A stretch of DNA of 64,000 bases from contig CBDCXV010000010.1 in the NCBI GenBank assembly GCA_965223905.1, forward strand, positions 1,376,001 through 1,440,000, written 5' to 3'. Each line of letters starts with the position of its first letter. Position 1 is the stretch's first letter. The notes beneath the pieces are model-generated. The model was not told where the DNA came from. It searched no databases and worked only from the letters and a program-made list of their open reading frames with translations. Source of the DNA: Candidatus Latescibacterota bacterium (lineage in GTDB: Bacteria; Latescibacterota; UBA2968; UBA8231). Shown in pieces: positions 1 to 9,908 of this stretch. Position numbers and translations under genes: made by a program.

Positions 1-2
1 AG

Positions 3-1295
3 GTTCGGCGCGAATCCCCGCCAGAACCGGAGCAGCCGTTCGCCGTGCGCGTCACGTTGCGCTTCCCAGGTGGACGCGTCCCCGCTCAGGTGGTAGGGAA
101 CCTTCTCCCACAGAAACGCCGCGTGCCTGCCCGGTCCGGCCTGACTGCGATCGAACTGGGTGTGGCACGATCCCCAGGCCACGGTCCGCGGAATCCGGCC
201 GCCTTCGTGCGCATCGACGATGTCATGAAACTGGTCGAAACGCTCCAGGCCGAGAATCACCATGAACGCCTTCCGCAGCTCCGGGTCCGCGGCCGCGGCG
301 CTGTAGGAGGGCGGTTCCGACAGGGCCAGGTGCAGGCCGAACAGCGGCGCGATTGCGTTGTAGCGGAAGCCCCGGGCGCTTCTTCTCAGGGCGGGAGCGA
401 CATCCGCTTCCGCCAGCAGTTCCAGGAACGTCTGCTGAGGATTGAGGCCAGAGGCCACGAAGCGCGCCGCCTGCAACCGCTCCCCGTCGTCCAGCTCCAC
501 CTCCCTGACCCTGCCCTGCCTGACGAGCATCCGCCGGATTCGCGCGCCGCACCGCACCTCCCCTCCGTGCGCTTCGATGTCCGCCACCAGGCCGCGAGCG
601 AGCCGGGCCGATCCGCCGGCGCACATCTGCGCTTTGCCCGCCAACGCCAGCAGTGCCGGAATCGAATGGCCGAACCCCTTCATGCGCAGGTCGACTTCCC
701 GCAGTCCGTTGAAGAACAGCAGGCCCGCCCGGATCACGTCGTGCGAGAAGTTGCGGGTGACGAATTCCAGGGGAGAAAGAGCCGACACTTCCAGCAGCCG
801 CCGGCCCATGCGCGACTGGCCCAGAATGCGCCGCCGCAGCGAAGGTTCCAGCGGTGGGGACCGCGACTCGGGAACCAGGATGTGCTCGACGATCGGACGG
901 AACTCCTCGACCAGCCTCGCGAGGGCGTCCGCATCGGCCGGCGACCACTCGTGGAACGACTCCCGGGTCCGCTCGAAATCCGTCCACCACTTCAGGCTGC
1001 GCCCGTCCCCGGTCAGCAGCGCCACGTTCAGCTCCGGCTCGATGTAGCGGACGCCGCGGGCGGCCAGCTCCAGGTCCTCGTACCACGGCATCCGGTTCAG
1101 GCCGCGGTGGTAGAACGAGTGCGGATTGTGCATCACCCCCGCGACGCGCGGGTTCTCGATCGTCGCCAGCCCGCCGCCGGGCACGTCCCATCGTTCGAGA
1201 GACAACGTCCTGAGCCCGCAGCGGGACAGGTAGGCCTGCAGCACCAAGGCGTTGTGACCCGTCCCCAGAATGATGCCGTCGTACGTTGCGCTCAT
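3..1295 (-). CDS. FAD-dependent oxidoreductase, phytoene dehydrogenase-like (3' end outside window)
   Basis: Not in the ORF track; both ends translated by hand. From ATG 1295: MSATYDGIILGTGHNALVLQAYLSRCGLRTLSLERWDVPGGG (dinucleotide-binding motif). Near base 1: ...TQFDRSQAGPGRHAAFLWEKVPY... Confidence 0.85.
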   Translation of the reverse strand, partial: MSATYDGIILGTGHNALVLQAYLSRCGLRTLSLERWDVPGGGLATIENPRVAGVMHNPHSFYHRGLNRMPWYEDLELAARGVRYIEPELNVALLTGDGRSLKWWTDFERTRESFHEWSPADADALARLVEEFRPIVEHILVPESRSPPLEPSLRRRILGQSRMGRRLLEVSALSPLEFVTRNFSHDVIRAGLLFFNGLREVDLRMKGFGHSIPALLALAGKAQMCAGGSARLARGLVADIEAHGGEVRCGARIRRMLVRQGRVREVELDDGERLQAARFVASGLNPQQTFLELLAEADVAPALRRSARGFRYNAIAPLFGLHLALSEPPSYSAAAADPELRKAFMVILGLERFDQFHDIVDAHEGGRIPRTVAWGSCHTQFDRSQAGPGRHAAFLWEKVPYHLSGDASTWEAQRDAHGERLLRFWRGFAPN

Positions 1296-1449
1296 CGCGA
1301 TCTGGTGCCTGCAACTCCGCGCGAATGCGGCCGCCTCCTCATCCTGGGGGTAAAATCGCAGTTCAATCCAACCTCTTCATCTGAGCGATTATTCCCCCAA
1401 TCCCGTCTCGCCCGGTTGCCCTCGTTCGCACGCCGGATTTTCGCATGGG

Positions 1450-2328
1450 CTAGCCGATTTCCGGAGCGGCGATCCCCCACAGCGACGCCGGCCTGCCGGG
1501 CCGGGTGTTCTCGCCGAGATACATCCGCGTCAGTCTGCGCTGGCGGTGCATTCCGCGACGGCGAGCGACGCCGATTGCCGCTTGATTCGCGTCGGGAATG
1601 TCCCAGTACAGAGACTGGCCCGGAATGCCGCCCAGCAGGTCGTCGGCCAGCGCGGTGCCGCTCGACTCGTCTTCGGCGACCATCGGTCCGAGGTAGTGCG
1701 CGCGTTGGCCGGGCCGCAGCATGCCGTACCCGACTATTCGCCCGGCCCCGTCGGCGAGGACACGCGCCGACGATTGCGCCGCCAGCATCGACAGCATCCG
1801 GCTGCGGGCAACGCCGAACGCCGATGCGTCGAGATCCGCGACCGAGCCGACGTCGCCCGAGTCCAGCGGACGCGGGTTCGGAGCGGATGACGCGCCGCTC
1901 CGCGCCGGGAAGGCCGGGAGCTCCGCTGTCTCCCACCGCGAAAGGCTCCATTCCGCGACGAATCCGAGCGGATCATAGACCTTCCGGCCCAGCGGAGTGG
2001 CGTCCAGCTTGATGCAGCCCACCCCGGACCGCCGCAGGTGCTCGATACAGTGCGAGAGCAGCGCCGTGCCGATCCCCCGCCGCCGCATGGCGGGATCGAC
2101 GAGCACCATGCCGATCCACGCCAGGTCCTGCGAATAGATCGTGGTGGTCGCCGTGCCGGCCGGCCGGCCGTTCCACTCGGCGACGAAACAGCCGCGGGGG
2201 TCGTGCTGCAGGAACCGCCGCCAATCCTGAAGAGACTGGTTCCAGCCGGCGCTGTCGCGGACCCGGCCCGCGAACGGCACGTCCGTTTCTGCCATCTGCC
2301 GCAATGTGATGGAACCGCTGATGGGCAA
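1450..2328 (-). CDS. GNAT family N-acetyltransferase (tandem GNAT, YitH-like)
   Basis: MVLVDPAMRRRGIGTALL acetyl-CoA motif; LDATPLGRKVY; C-terminal LGPMVA. Confidence 0.85.
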   Translation of the reverse strand: MPISGSITLRQMAETDVPFAGRVRDSAGWNQSLQDWRRFLQHDPRGCFVAEWNGRPAGTATTTIYSQDLAWIGMVLVDPAMRRRGIGTALLSHCIEHLRRSGVGCIKLDATPLGRKVYDPLGFVAEWSLSRWETAELPAFPARSGASSAPNPRPLDSGDVGSVADLDASAFGVARSRMLSMLAAQSSARVLADGAGRIVGYGMLRPGQRAHYLGPMVAEDESSGTALADDLLGGIPGQSLYWDIPDANQAAIGVARRRGMHRQRRLTRMYLGENTRPGRPASLWGIAAPEIG

Positions 2329-2576
2329 TCTCCCTGAAGCTCCGGTCGGTCCGCGGCGTTACGCACCGGCGCGTAGTGAGAATGTCGAGGAGGGCTGCTC
2401 GCCGCGCGCGCCAGATCCAGCGGATCAATCCACCAGCCGGGGCGCCCCTTCTCTGGTTGGCGGGACGACGGAACGGCCGGCGCCTTCGCGGCGGGGGAAG
2501 GGGTTGCGGCGGCGGCGTTCGGATCCGGACGGGCGGGCCGCGGCCCAGATGGACTGTTTCAACGGGCTGTCAGGGC

Positions 2577-4853
2577 TCAATACACGAAGTCGAACGGCCG
2601 CAGCAGGTCGAGCTCGTCCGCCGCCACCAGGAAGTGAATCAGCGGTCCGATCGTGGTGCCGTAGCTCTGACCGCCCGGAGGAACGGGCAGGGCCTCCTTG
2701 AAGATCGCCCCGTCCGCCACCGTCTTCCTGCCTCCCGGCGACACCAGAAGCTGGAAGTTCATGTTGATCAGGATCGACTCCAGCGTGCGCATGCCCTTCA
2801 GGATGTAGCCGCGGTCGCCGCTCAGCCGGTAGGCGTACGCCAGCGCCTCCAGCGCCAGGCCGTTGAAGATCGGATGCTGAACCGACGGGAACTCCTTGTA
2901 GTAGAACAGCCCGTTGTCCAGCAGCGCATGCTCCAGCAGGGCATCGACCTCGTTGAGGATCAGCTCCTTCACCGAGTCGTCGCCGGTCACCTGATGGTAC
3001 GCCTTCAGGGCATTGACCGCGATGGCGATCATGAACGGCACCCGGATCCGCGCGTGGTCGGTGTAGGGCGCCAGGAAGCCGCCCATGGAGCGCTGCCACT
3101 CCCCGAAGCGCTCGACAATGCCGGTGCCGGCCTCCAGGAAGCGCGTCTGCCCGGTCTCGCGGTAGAGCACCACCAGCGCCTTGAGCATCCAGCCCAGGTC
3201 GCGGGCCTGGTACCTGCCCACCTCCCGGTAATGCTCGGCCTCGATGTGGCGCAGGTAGTTCTCGCCGACGGCGATGGCGGCGTCGCGGGCTTCGCGCTTT
3301 CCGGTCAGGTGATAGTAGTCGAAGAATCCCTCCACCCACTGGTGCGAGACGTTGACGCCGGCGGTGACGTGGTCGGCGCTGTGCATCCTCAGCCCGCCGC
3401 ACTGCAGCGGATCGGGGCTGTGGTGGCAGAAGTCGACGTCCACCCAGTGCTGGGCGGTTGCGCGGCCGGTCTCAAAAAAGCGCCTGGCGCCGGTGCGGGC
3501 GTACTGCAGGAACATCAGGTGCGGGATGTCGTACTCGCCGTTGAGCCACACGACCTTGCCGTCGCCGCGGCCCTGCCAGGTGTAGCCGTAGGTGCCCTCG
3601 TCGCCGAAGCTCAGGATGCCCAGCCCGATCGGCCGGGTGTCGATCACGTCGCAGATCAGCGCCTCCAGGCGGCCGTAGCGGCGGCCGGAAAAGACGTCCT
3701 CCCAGACACCGGCATCGCGGTACCAGTCGCTGGCCAGGGCGGGATGATCGGGGAGCTGGAACTGCAGGCTGCGCCGGGAGATCTCGTCCACCCTGAGATC
3801 GGCTGGATGAAAGTGGAACAGCAGCTCGTGGGTCTTGGCCACCCCCTGGTGCAGGACCAGGTCGTCCTCGCCGGGCGGGTACAGGAACGCCTCCAGCGCG
3901 TCCGGGACGGCGCGCAGCCGCTTCGGAAAGTTCTGCTGCGCCTGGCGGATGGTGAGGGTCACGCCGCCGCGCGGCCCGTTCCAGTCCACCCAGAAGTCGC
4001 CGAAGAAGCACTCGTCCTGATGCTCCGAGGGGTCGCGCAGGATCTTCGCGGTGTCCACGCCGAGATCGACCTCGCGTTCGCTGACCACCTTGTTGGTGCG
4101 GTAGTGCCCCTCCCCGGAGGTCAGCTTCACGGCGCCGCCGGCCGCGGCCAACCGGCCCTTGAGGTGGATCTCCCTGACCGCGACCCGCGGCGGCTCCTCC
4201 CGGTTGATGAACTGGTACTGCACCGAGACGTAGGGCTTGCCGGCCCAGGCGTGGATGCGGATCACGTAGTCCAGGAAGCCGTCGGGGCCATGGCGATGGG
4301 TGCCGGAAATGCCGAGGGCCGCGCGCAGCGGCCCCCGCTCCTCGATCTCGACCTGGGCGGTGTCGTCCGCGGCCGTCGCAAAGGCGGTCCCCTGCCCGTC
4401 GATCACGCTGAACCCGGGCCAGGAACCCTCCTCCCACAGCGGCTCTCCGTGCAGGGTTACCGACCTGATGAGGTCCGTCCCCGGCCTGCCGACGGCCAGT
4501 TGCAGCGGCCCGGTGTCGAGGACGACTTCCCGCTCGCCGTCGACGACCTTCACCGCCGCTGCAGGAGCAACCGCGCCGCGCCCCCCGTCCTCGACGGCGA
4601 AGCGAAACGACTTGCCGCTGCCCCCCGGCAGATCCAGCAGGCAGTGCACGAGCAGCCAGCGGATGCTGCCGTCGTCCCAGCGCCCGGTCGCCGACTTCTG
4701 GCAACAGACCTCCCCGGGGCCGTCGTACAGGGCGAACTGCCCGACTCGGGACAGGGCTCCCCGGGGAAACGGAATCCCGAAGGTTACCGGCTCCTGCGGC
4801 CGGTCGTAGTGGGAGATCTTCTCGAAGAACAGCTCGTCAGCGGGGTTCGACAT
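2577..4853 (-). CDS. Large hypothetical, exo-rhamnogalacturonan-lyase (YetA/RGLX)-like alpha/alpha-barrel protein
   Basis: N-terminal PVTFGIPFPRG..GRWDDGSIRW pattern; NGEYD and HWVDVD in the C-terminal half; start MSNPAD at 4853 preferred over 5069. Confidence 0.55.
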   Translation of the reverse strand: MSNPADELFFEKISHYDRPQEPVTFGIPFPRGALSRVGQFALYDGPGEVCCQKSATGRWDDGSIRWLLVHCLLDLPGGSGKSFRFAVEDGGRGAVAPAAAVKVVDGEREVVLDTGPLQLAVGRPGTDLIRSVTLHGEPLWEEGSWPGFSVIDGQGTAFATAADDTAQVEIEERGPLRAALGISGTHRHGPDGFLDYVIRIHAWAGKPYVSVQYQFINREEPPRVAVREIHLKGRLAAAGGAVKLTSGEGHYRTNKVVSEREVDLGVDTAKILRDPSEHQDECFFGDFWVDWNGPRGGVTLTIRQAQQNFPKRLRAVPDALEAFLYPPGEDDLVLHQGVAKTHELLFHFHPADLRVDEISRRSLQFQLPDHPALASDWYRDAGVWEDVFSGRRYGRLEALICDVIDTRPIGLGILSFGDEGTYGYTWQGRGDGKVVWLNGEYDIPHLMFLQYARTGARRFFETGRATAQHWVDVDFCHHSPDPLQCGGLRMHSADHVTAGVNVSHQWVEGFFDYYHLTGKREARDAAIAVGENYLRHIEAEHYREVGRYQARDLGWMLKALVVLYRETGQTRFLEAGTGIVERFGEWQRSMGGFLAPYTDHARIRVPFMIAIAVNALKAYHQVTGDDSVKELILNEVDALLEHALLDNGLFYYKEFPSVQHPIFNGLALEALAYAYRLSGDRGYILKGMRTLESILINMNFQLLVSPGGRKTVADGAIFKEALPVPPGGQSYGTTIGPLIHFLVAADELDLLRPFDFVY

Positions 4854-4855
4854 GG

Positions 4856-4948
4856 TAGTGTCCTGTCCCATCAATACCCTGCAATTCCGCCGATCCATCC
4901 CGGCTGGCGGCCGGATTTTTGCAACCTGTTCCCCGGACAGGACACCAG
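4856..4948. mobile_element. Degenerate MITE with IS630-like ends
   Basis: Inverted repeats tagtgtcctgtcc (4856-4868) and ggacaggacacca (4935-4947), 12/13 match, non-coding interior. Confidence 0.45.
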
Positions 4949-5078
4949 GCGCCGCGAGAAATCGGAAACGGAGGAGCAGGGCGGCTCCTCCCCCGTCTCC
5001 GCGGTTGCGGATGTACCGGGAAAACAAGGCACCGGTATAGGCACTGCGCCGTTCGCCGATAACGTGCACAAGGGTCCA

Positions 5079-6059
5079 TCAGGGTCCCTGATGGGCGTAG
5101 CCGATGCCGGTCTGCCCGAAGCCGTTGCCGGTGTACCAGCAGCGCAGCCCGCCGTCGTGCGCGACCACCACCGCGTACGAGCGCTGGTGATCGTCGAAGC
5201 TGCCGGCGGCGCCCACGCCCAGGTCGCCGTCGGGTCCGGAGGCGGTCCAGGTCCAGTTCAGGCCGTCGCCGCTGACGAGGCTGCGCACGCGGTACGCCGT
5301 GCCGAAGGTGTTGACCCACAGGGTCCAGCGGCCGTCGCGGCGCAGCGCGAAAGGCTTGGAAACGATGTACTCGAACGGCTCGACGGCGAACCCGCGGGGG
5401 CTCACCATCAGGCCGTCCAAGGGCTTGGTCCAGCGGATGCCGTCGGTCGATTCGGCGTAGCCCACGCCGATATGCGGAAGAACGTCTCCATGACGGGTGC
5501 GCACGCCCGCCGGTCTGGGCGAGTAGTCGCCCAGCGCGGTGTAGTACATGCGGAAGACGCCGCCGTCGGCGAGCACGCAGACGCTGCCGGTGCCCTCGTG
5601 GTCCCAGGGGCGGTCCAGCGCCAGCACCGGCGACTCGCCGGCGTGCCGCCACGTACGGCCGCGGTCGTCGCTGAGGGCCAGACCGGTCGTGTTGGCCAGC
5701 TTCCCGTCGTCTCTGGGCACACCCCAGGCAACGTAGTACATCAGCCACGCTCCGTCGCCGCGCGGCACCACGAACGGAAAGCTCGGCCCCACGGCGTTGA
5801 AGGCGGTTCCGGCCTGGCGCTCCAGCACCGTTCCCGCGAAGCGCCACTCATGCGGAGCGTCCACCCGGGCGATTGCCAGACAGATGCGGTTGAAGCCGTC
5901 CTCGCCGGTGCCCCAGTAGTACATGTGGTAGTCGTCGCCGAAACGCAGCACGTGCGGACTCGAGGCGCGGCGGGCATCGACGGCTCCCCCGAACCCGGGA
6001 GCGACGACCGGGGTTGTCGAGGGAACCCTCCACCGCAGGGGTGTCGGCGCGTGGGTCAT
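5079..6059 (-). CDS. Five-bladed beta-propeller glycoside hydrolase-like protein (GH32/43/130 clan)
   Basis: Repeated blades: YHMYYWG, WLMYY, FRMYYT, WYTG; SDDRGRTW, STDGIRW, SGDGLNW. Confidence 0.65.
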   Translation of the reverse strand: MTHAPTPLRWRVPSTTPVVAPGFGGAVDARRASSPHVLRFGDDYHMYYWGTGEDGFNRICLAIARVDAPHEWRFAGTVLERQAGTAFNAVGPSFPFVVPRGDGAWLMYYVAWGVPRDDGKLANTTGLALSDDRGRTWRHAGESPVLALDRPWDHEGTGSVCVLADGGVFRMYYTALGDYSPRPAGVRTRHGDVLPHIGVGYAESTDGIRWTKPLDGLMVSPRGFAVEPFEYIVSKPFALRRDGRWTLWVNTFGTAYRVRSLVSGDGLNWTWTASGPDGDLGVGAAGSFDDHQRSYAVVVAHDGGLRCWYTGNGFGQTGIGYAHQGP

Positions 6060-6062
6060 CTT

Positions 6063-6915
6063 CTACTTCAGGTCTTCGCCGGGAAATATGCCCCAGGGGA
6101 CCGCTTCTGCCTCGCCTTCATAGACCGGCAGAAACGGCTCCGTGATGTGCCGCGTCTGTTCGACCCAGTCCACCCATTCAGACCTGCTGGTGATGTGATC
6201 TCGGATCAACGCCTTGACTTCGTCGGGCATGTCGTCATAGGCGGGCCAATACCAGAGCGTGAGCACTGTGCGGGGCTGGTCGGTCTGGTTCGCACGGGCG
6301 GAATGCAGCAGACGCGAGTCGCCGATGACGACATCGCCGGCGCGAACCGGTACATCAACCTCACCCTCGACCTGTTGAAAAGCGAGATGATCCGGATCGG
6401 TCGCGTTGATTACGGTGTCGTCGTCCCTTGGCCGCAAATCGTGCAGCGGGTGACGTTTCAGGTGGGAGCCGGGAATCAATCTCAAACAGCCGTTGTGAAT
6501 ATTCGTGTCGACCAGATAGTACATCAGGAAGTACTGCTGCGGCTGGTTGGTGTAGCTGATGGGGTGTTCCCACAACACGCCGTCGTGGTGCCAGTACAAC
6601 GGCGGGCTGTGCGGAGGCTTGCTGATCACGAAGCCGCTCCAGAATTTCGGGGACTCGAATCCCAATTCAGCAAAAACCGCCATCGCACCTGGATCAATGA
6701 GGAGTTCGGTGAAGGTCGGATGGGGGCAGGTCCAGTAGGGAATGAGGCAGCCCTGTGAACGGTGCTGCTCGAAGTGTTCCTCCTCCTGCTGTGCGATCAT
6801 CCATTCGCTCATGTCGTTCCAGCCTTGCTACCATCTCCTGTGCCAGCACATTCTCAAAGACGCAGAAACCATCACGCATGAGTTGATTCCGTTTCTCCTC
6901 AGCGCCTGTCGGCAT
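6063..6915 (-). CDS. Phytanoyl-CoA dioxygenase (PhyH) family protein, one frameshift near 6820
   Basis: N-terminus MPTG..RDGFCVFENVL in one frame with RBS AAAGGAG; WHHD, NGCLRLIPGSH, RLLHS and R in the other; removing one G restores VARLNDMSEW. Confidence 0.8.
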
Positions 6916-6961
6916 CGATGGTTCTCCTTTCATGCAAGCAGATTCCGCCTGTATCCATCTA

Positions 6962-8743
6962 TTAGAGTATGTTGGATTCCGGCCCAGGTTTTTTTTGTGA
7001 AACCCGGGGCCAATTCGCCTCGGTCACCGCGCGGTAGAACCACTCCACCGGCAGGGCCGTGAGGCGGAGGTCGATGTAGCCGGGCTCGACCGCGAAGCGC
7101 CGCAGCCCGGCCAGCTCGGGAAAGTGGCTGTAGGTGAGAAGCACCCGATCCCCGTGGAAGGTGATGCTGGTGTAGCAGTAGCCGTGGTGGCGGGACCGCT
7201 CCACCAGCTTGAGCGCCCGCCAGCTGCGGCCCGCGTCGCTCGACAGCGCCGAAACCAGCGGGGTGCGGCCGCTGAGACCGTACGTCCACAGACAGAGTAC
7301 GTCGGCAGTGCCGGGCACGCGCTGAATGGCCGCCGGCGAGCAAGCGCCGCGCAGCGGTGACAGGAAGGGCCGCGACCAGCTCTGCCCGCGGTCTTCGGAG
7401 CAGGCGAAGAACTGACCCCCCGACACCGATCTCATGGTCATCAGCAGGCGGCCGTCCGCGAGCTGCGCGACGCTCGGCTCGTTGACGTTCTGGGCGCGCC
7501 GCTCGCGCTCCGGCAGCCCGGGGTCGGGCACGTGCGAGCCGGCGCGCCAAGTTCTGCCGCCGTCGTCGGAGAGCAGGCAGTACGGCCACCTCACCCCGTC
7601 CACGTACTCGCGCGCGGCGAGCAGGATGCGGCCGTCGGCCAGTCGCCGCAGACTGGCGTTGTTGGCGGCGTGCCGGTTGCCGTTGGCTGGCGTGATGGCC
7701 GCGGCGGCGCTCCAGCTGCGTCCGCCGTCGCCGGAGCGGCGGGCGACCATGCCCTTCGCCGGCATGTCCGGAAGCTGGTCGTAGTAGACGAGCAGCAGCT
7801 CGTCTCCCAGGTTCAGCAGGCTGGCCGACATGACGTTGGTGTCGTGCTCCTCCTCCACCACCGTCCACTTCCGACTCCACATGCGCCCGCCGTCGGTCGA
7901 GCGGCGCGCGCTCAGCCGGGCTGGCGAGTCGTCCCAGCCCTTGCCGGCATGGTAGTCGGTCCAGACCAGCAACAACGAACCGTCGGACAGCACGGCGAGG
8001 TCGCCCTCGCTCTGGCGCGGCCCTTCGGGGGTCGCCTCGTTGACCAGAAAGCACCACGCGTCGTCCGCCGCGCGCAGGTCCTCCGGACCGTCGGGCAGGG
8101 GTGAGTCGGCGCAAGGGTACGGCACCTCTTCGACCGCGACTTCCCGGTATACCGTCTCGACCGGCGAGCCGTCCGCGGCGGCGGCGCTCCCGAACGCGAC
8201 CATGAACGGCCCGGGGTAGGCATCGTGCTCGACCTCGACGGTTGCGCCCCCAGGGACGGTGACGCGCAGCGCGGCCGGACGCGCTGCGACGTGCACGGTG
8301 TGCCCGGCGCCGAGCGGGCCGCTCAGCGTACGGTGGATCTGCCTGCCGCGATGCTGCGCCCGCACGTGCCAGTCCACCCGGTCCCGGCGCGGCTCCGCCC
8401 AGACCTCCCACGGCCCCGGGCGGGGCATCACGAGCGCGGGCCGCCCGGCGGCTTTCCGTGCCGGGGGCAGCTCGACGGTCCAGCTCACGTAGGCGGGAAG
8501 CTCGCTCGGGTGGTAGCGGTACGGCTCGCCCTCAAACCCCGGCGCGAAGAACACATGCGGCGCCTGCGCGGATGCGCGGGTTCGCAGAAGCAGCCCGGGC
8601 AGCTCGCAGTGATCTCGCGGCTCGAAGTAGCCGTAGGTCCAGTAGTTCGCCACGGCGAAGGCACAGCGCACGCCCTGGAACAGTCCGGTGCCGGCGGTGT
8701 GCTCGTCGAGCACCGCGACCCGCCAGGCCTCGGCGTCACTCAT
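6962..8743 (-). CDS. Sialidase-like (BNR/Asp-box) protein with N-terminal extension
   Basis: Asp-boxes STDGGRMW, SGDGGRSW, SDDGGRTW, SEDRGQSW, SSDAGRSW; NEPS; YCYTS. Confidence 0.8.
   Translation of the reverse strand: MSDAEAWRVAVLDEHTAGTGLFQGVRCAFAVANYWTYGYFEPRDHCELPGLLLRTRASAQAPHVFFAPGFEGEPYRYHPSELPAYVSWTVELPPARKAAGRPALVMPRPGPWEVWAEPRRDRVDWHVRAQHRGRQIHRTLSGPLGAGHTVHVAARPAALRVTVPGGATVEVEHDAYPGPFMVAFGSAAAADGSPVETVYREVAVEEVPYPCADSPLPDGPEDLRAADDAWCFLVNEATPEGPRQSEGDLAVLSDGSLLLVWTDYHAGKGWDDSPARLSARRSTDGGRMWSRKWTVVEEEHDTNVMSASLLNLGDELLLVYYDQLPDMPAKGMVARRSGDGGRSWSAAAAITPANGNRHAANNASLRRLADGRILLAAREYVDGVRWPYCLLSDDGGRTWRAGSHVPDPGLPERERRAQNVNEPSVAQLADGRLLMTMRSVSGGQFFACSEDRGQSWSRPFLSPLRGACSPAAIQRVPGTADVLCLWTYGLSGRTPLVSALSSDAGRSWRALKLVERSRHHGYCYTSITFHGDRVLLTYSHFPELAGLRRFAVEPGYIDLRLTALPVEWFYRAVTEANWPRVSQKKPGPESNIL
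7023..7063 (+). repeat. 41-bp direct repeat, copy 1 (3' end of the sialidase gene)
   Basis: gtcaccgcgcggtagaaccactccaccggcagggccgtgag; 40/41 identical to 13382-13422. Confidence 0.9.
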
Positions 8744-8792
8744 GACGCCTGCCCTTGCCGGTGCCCGGCATCGCCAACCACCTGCATAGGGT

Positions 8793-9863
8793 TCAACCGC
8801 AGACCGCCTGAATCATGGCATTGATGTAGCCGAAGCAGTAGGCATAGGACTGATAGTGGCCCTTCGGGTCGTCGTCGGTGCGCGGGACGTGGTCGGGATC
8901 GATGCCGTAACAGTAGCCTGTGTCCTTGAGGGCCTTCAATACCCGGTGGAAGTCCATGTCTCCTTCATCGGGCAGCGCCTCGCGGAAGCTGTAGCGCCCC
9001 CCGAGTATGTTGCGATAGTGAACCAGGAAGATCGTATTGCGGCTGCCGAAGTATTCTATGATGGGGCAGATTTCAGTGGCCGGATCTTCGAGCCCTTCGG
9101 CGATTGAGCCGACGCAGAAGTTCCAGCCGTTATACGGACTGCGCTGGATCTCGACGAATCGCTTCATGCCCTCAAAGTCATTCAGGACTTTGTCCACGCC
9201 CCTGTAACCGGGGGGTGTGGCAGGGTCTTCCTGGGAATTGCCCATTCGAACCTTGAATTCTTCCGCCACCGGAATCATGCGTTCGAGCAGGTACTCGATC
9301 CGTTCCCAGTGCATGTCTGCGGTGACGCGCCCGGCCTCGGTCAGCCTGGCCTGTTCTTCCGCCGGGACCTTGTCCAGACGGAAGGCCGTGTGGACGTAGC
9401 CGCCGCGGCCTTCCTCCTGTTCCGTCCGGTCGATGGGCAGGATGCAGGTGTTGTAACGCAGGGAATCGATGCCGGCGCGGGAAGCGGTCCGGATCATTTC
9501 GCACACCAGGTCGATCTCCCGGTCGCGCTCCGGACTTTTGCCGAAATAGATGATGTTGGGCAACTGCTGATATATGGGCAGCAGGCTCATGTCCAGCGTC
9601 AGCCCGAAGGCCTCGTGGCGCTCTCTTTCCCGGACCAACTCGTCCAGATCCCAGCCGCGGCCGGGGTGGAAGGGAAAGTCGGCGGCCTTGTGGCGCACGC
9701 CGCAGCGCTGCAGAAAGCGCAGCTCGCCATCGGTCGACCCAAAACTCTGTGTGCGCACGTACATGCGCCCGTTGGTCGCCGATGTTTGCGATCCCCCTCC
9801 GGCGGCAGAAGCCGCTGCCTCACCGGCTTCGAGACCCTTTTCAAATGGATCGGATGTCTTCAT
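8793..9863 (-). CDS. Mannonate dehydratase (UxuA)-family sugar-acid dehydratase
   Basis: ERDREID..CEMIR; WERIEYLLERMIPVAEE; NFCVGS; HYRN; DEGDMD; PDHVP. Confidence 0.75.
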   Translation of the reverse strand: MKTSDPFEKGLEAGEAAASAAGGGSQTSATNGRMYVRTQSFGSTDGELRFLQRCGVRHKAADFPFHPGRGWDLDELVRERERHEAFGLTLDMSLLPIYQQLPNIIYFGKSPERDREIDLVCEMIRTASRAGIDSLRYNTCILPIDRTEQEEGRGGYVHTAFRLDKVPAEEQARLTEAGRVTADMHWERIEYLLERMIPVAEEFKVRMGNSQEDPATPPGYRGVDKVLNDFEGMKRFVEIQRSPYNGWNFCVGSIAEGLEDPATEICPIIEYFGSRNTIFLVHYRNILGGRYSFREALPDEGDMDFHRVLKALKDTGYCYGIDPDHVPRTDDDPKGHYQSYAYCFGYINAMIQAVCG

Positions 9864-9908
9864 GGGATTCCTTTCGCTTGTATGGCTTCGATACCGTCAC
9901 GCCCTGCC

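Noticed and set aside
45-6758. Long plus-strand ORFs 45-2012 and 2376-6758
   Set aside because: Antisense shadows of motif-bearing minus-strand genes in high-GC DNA
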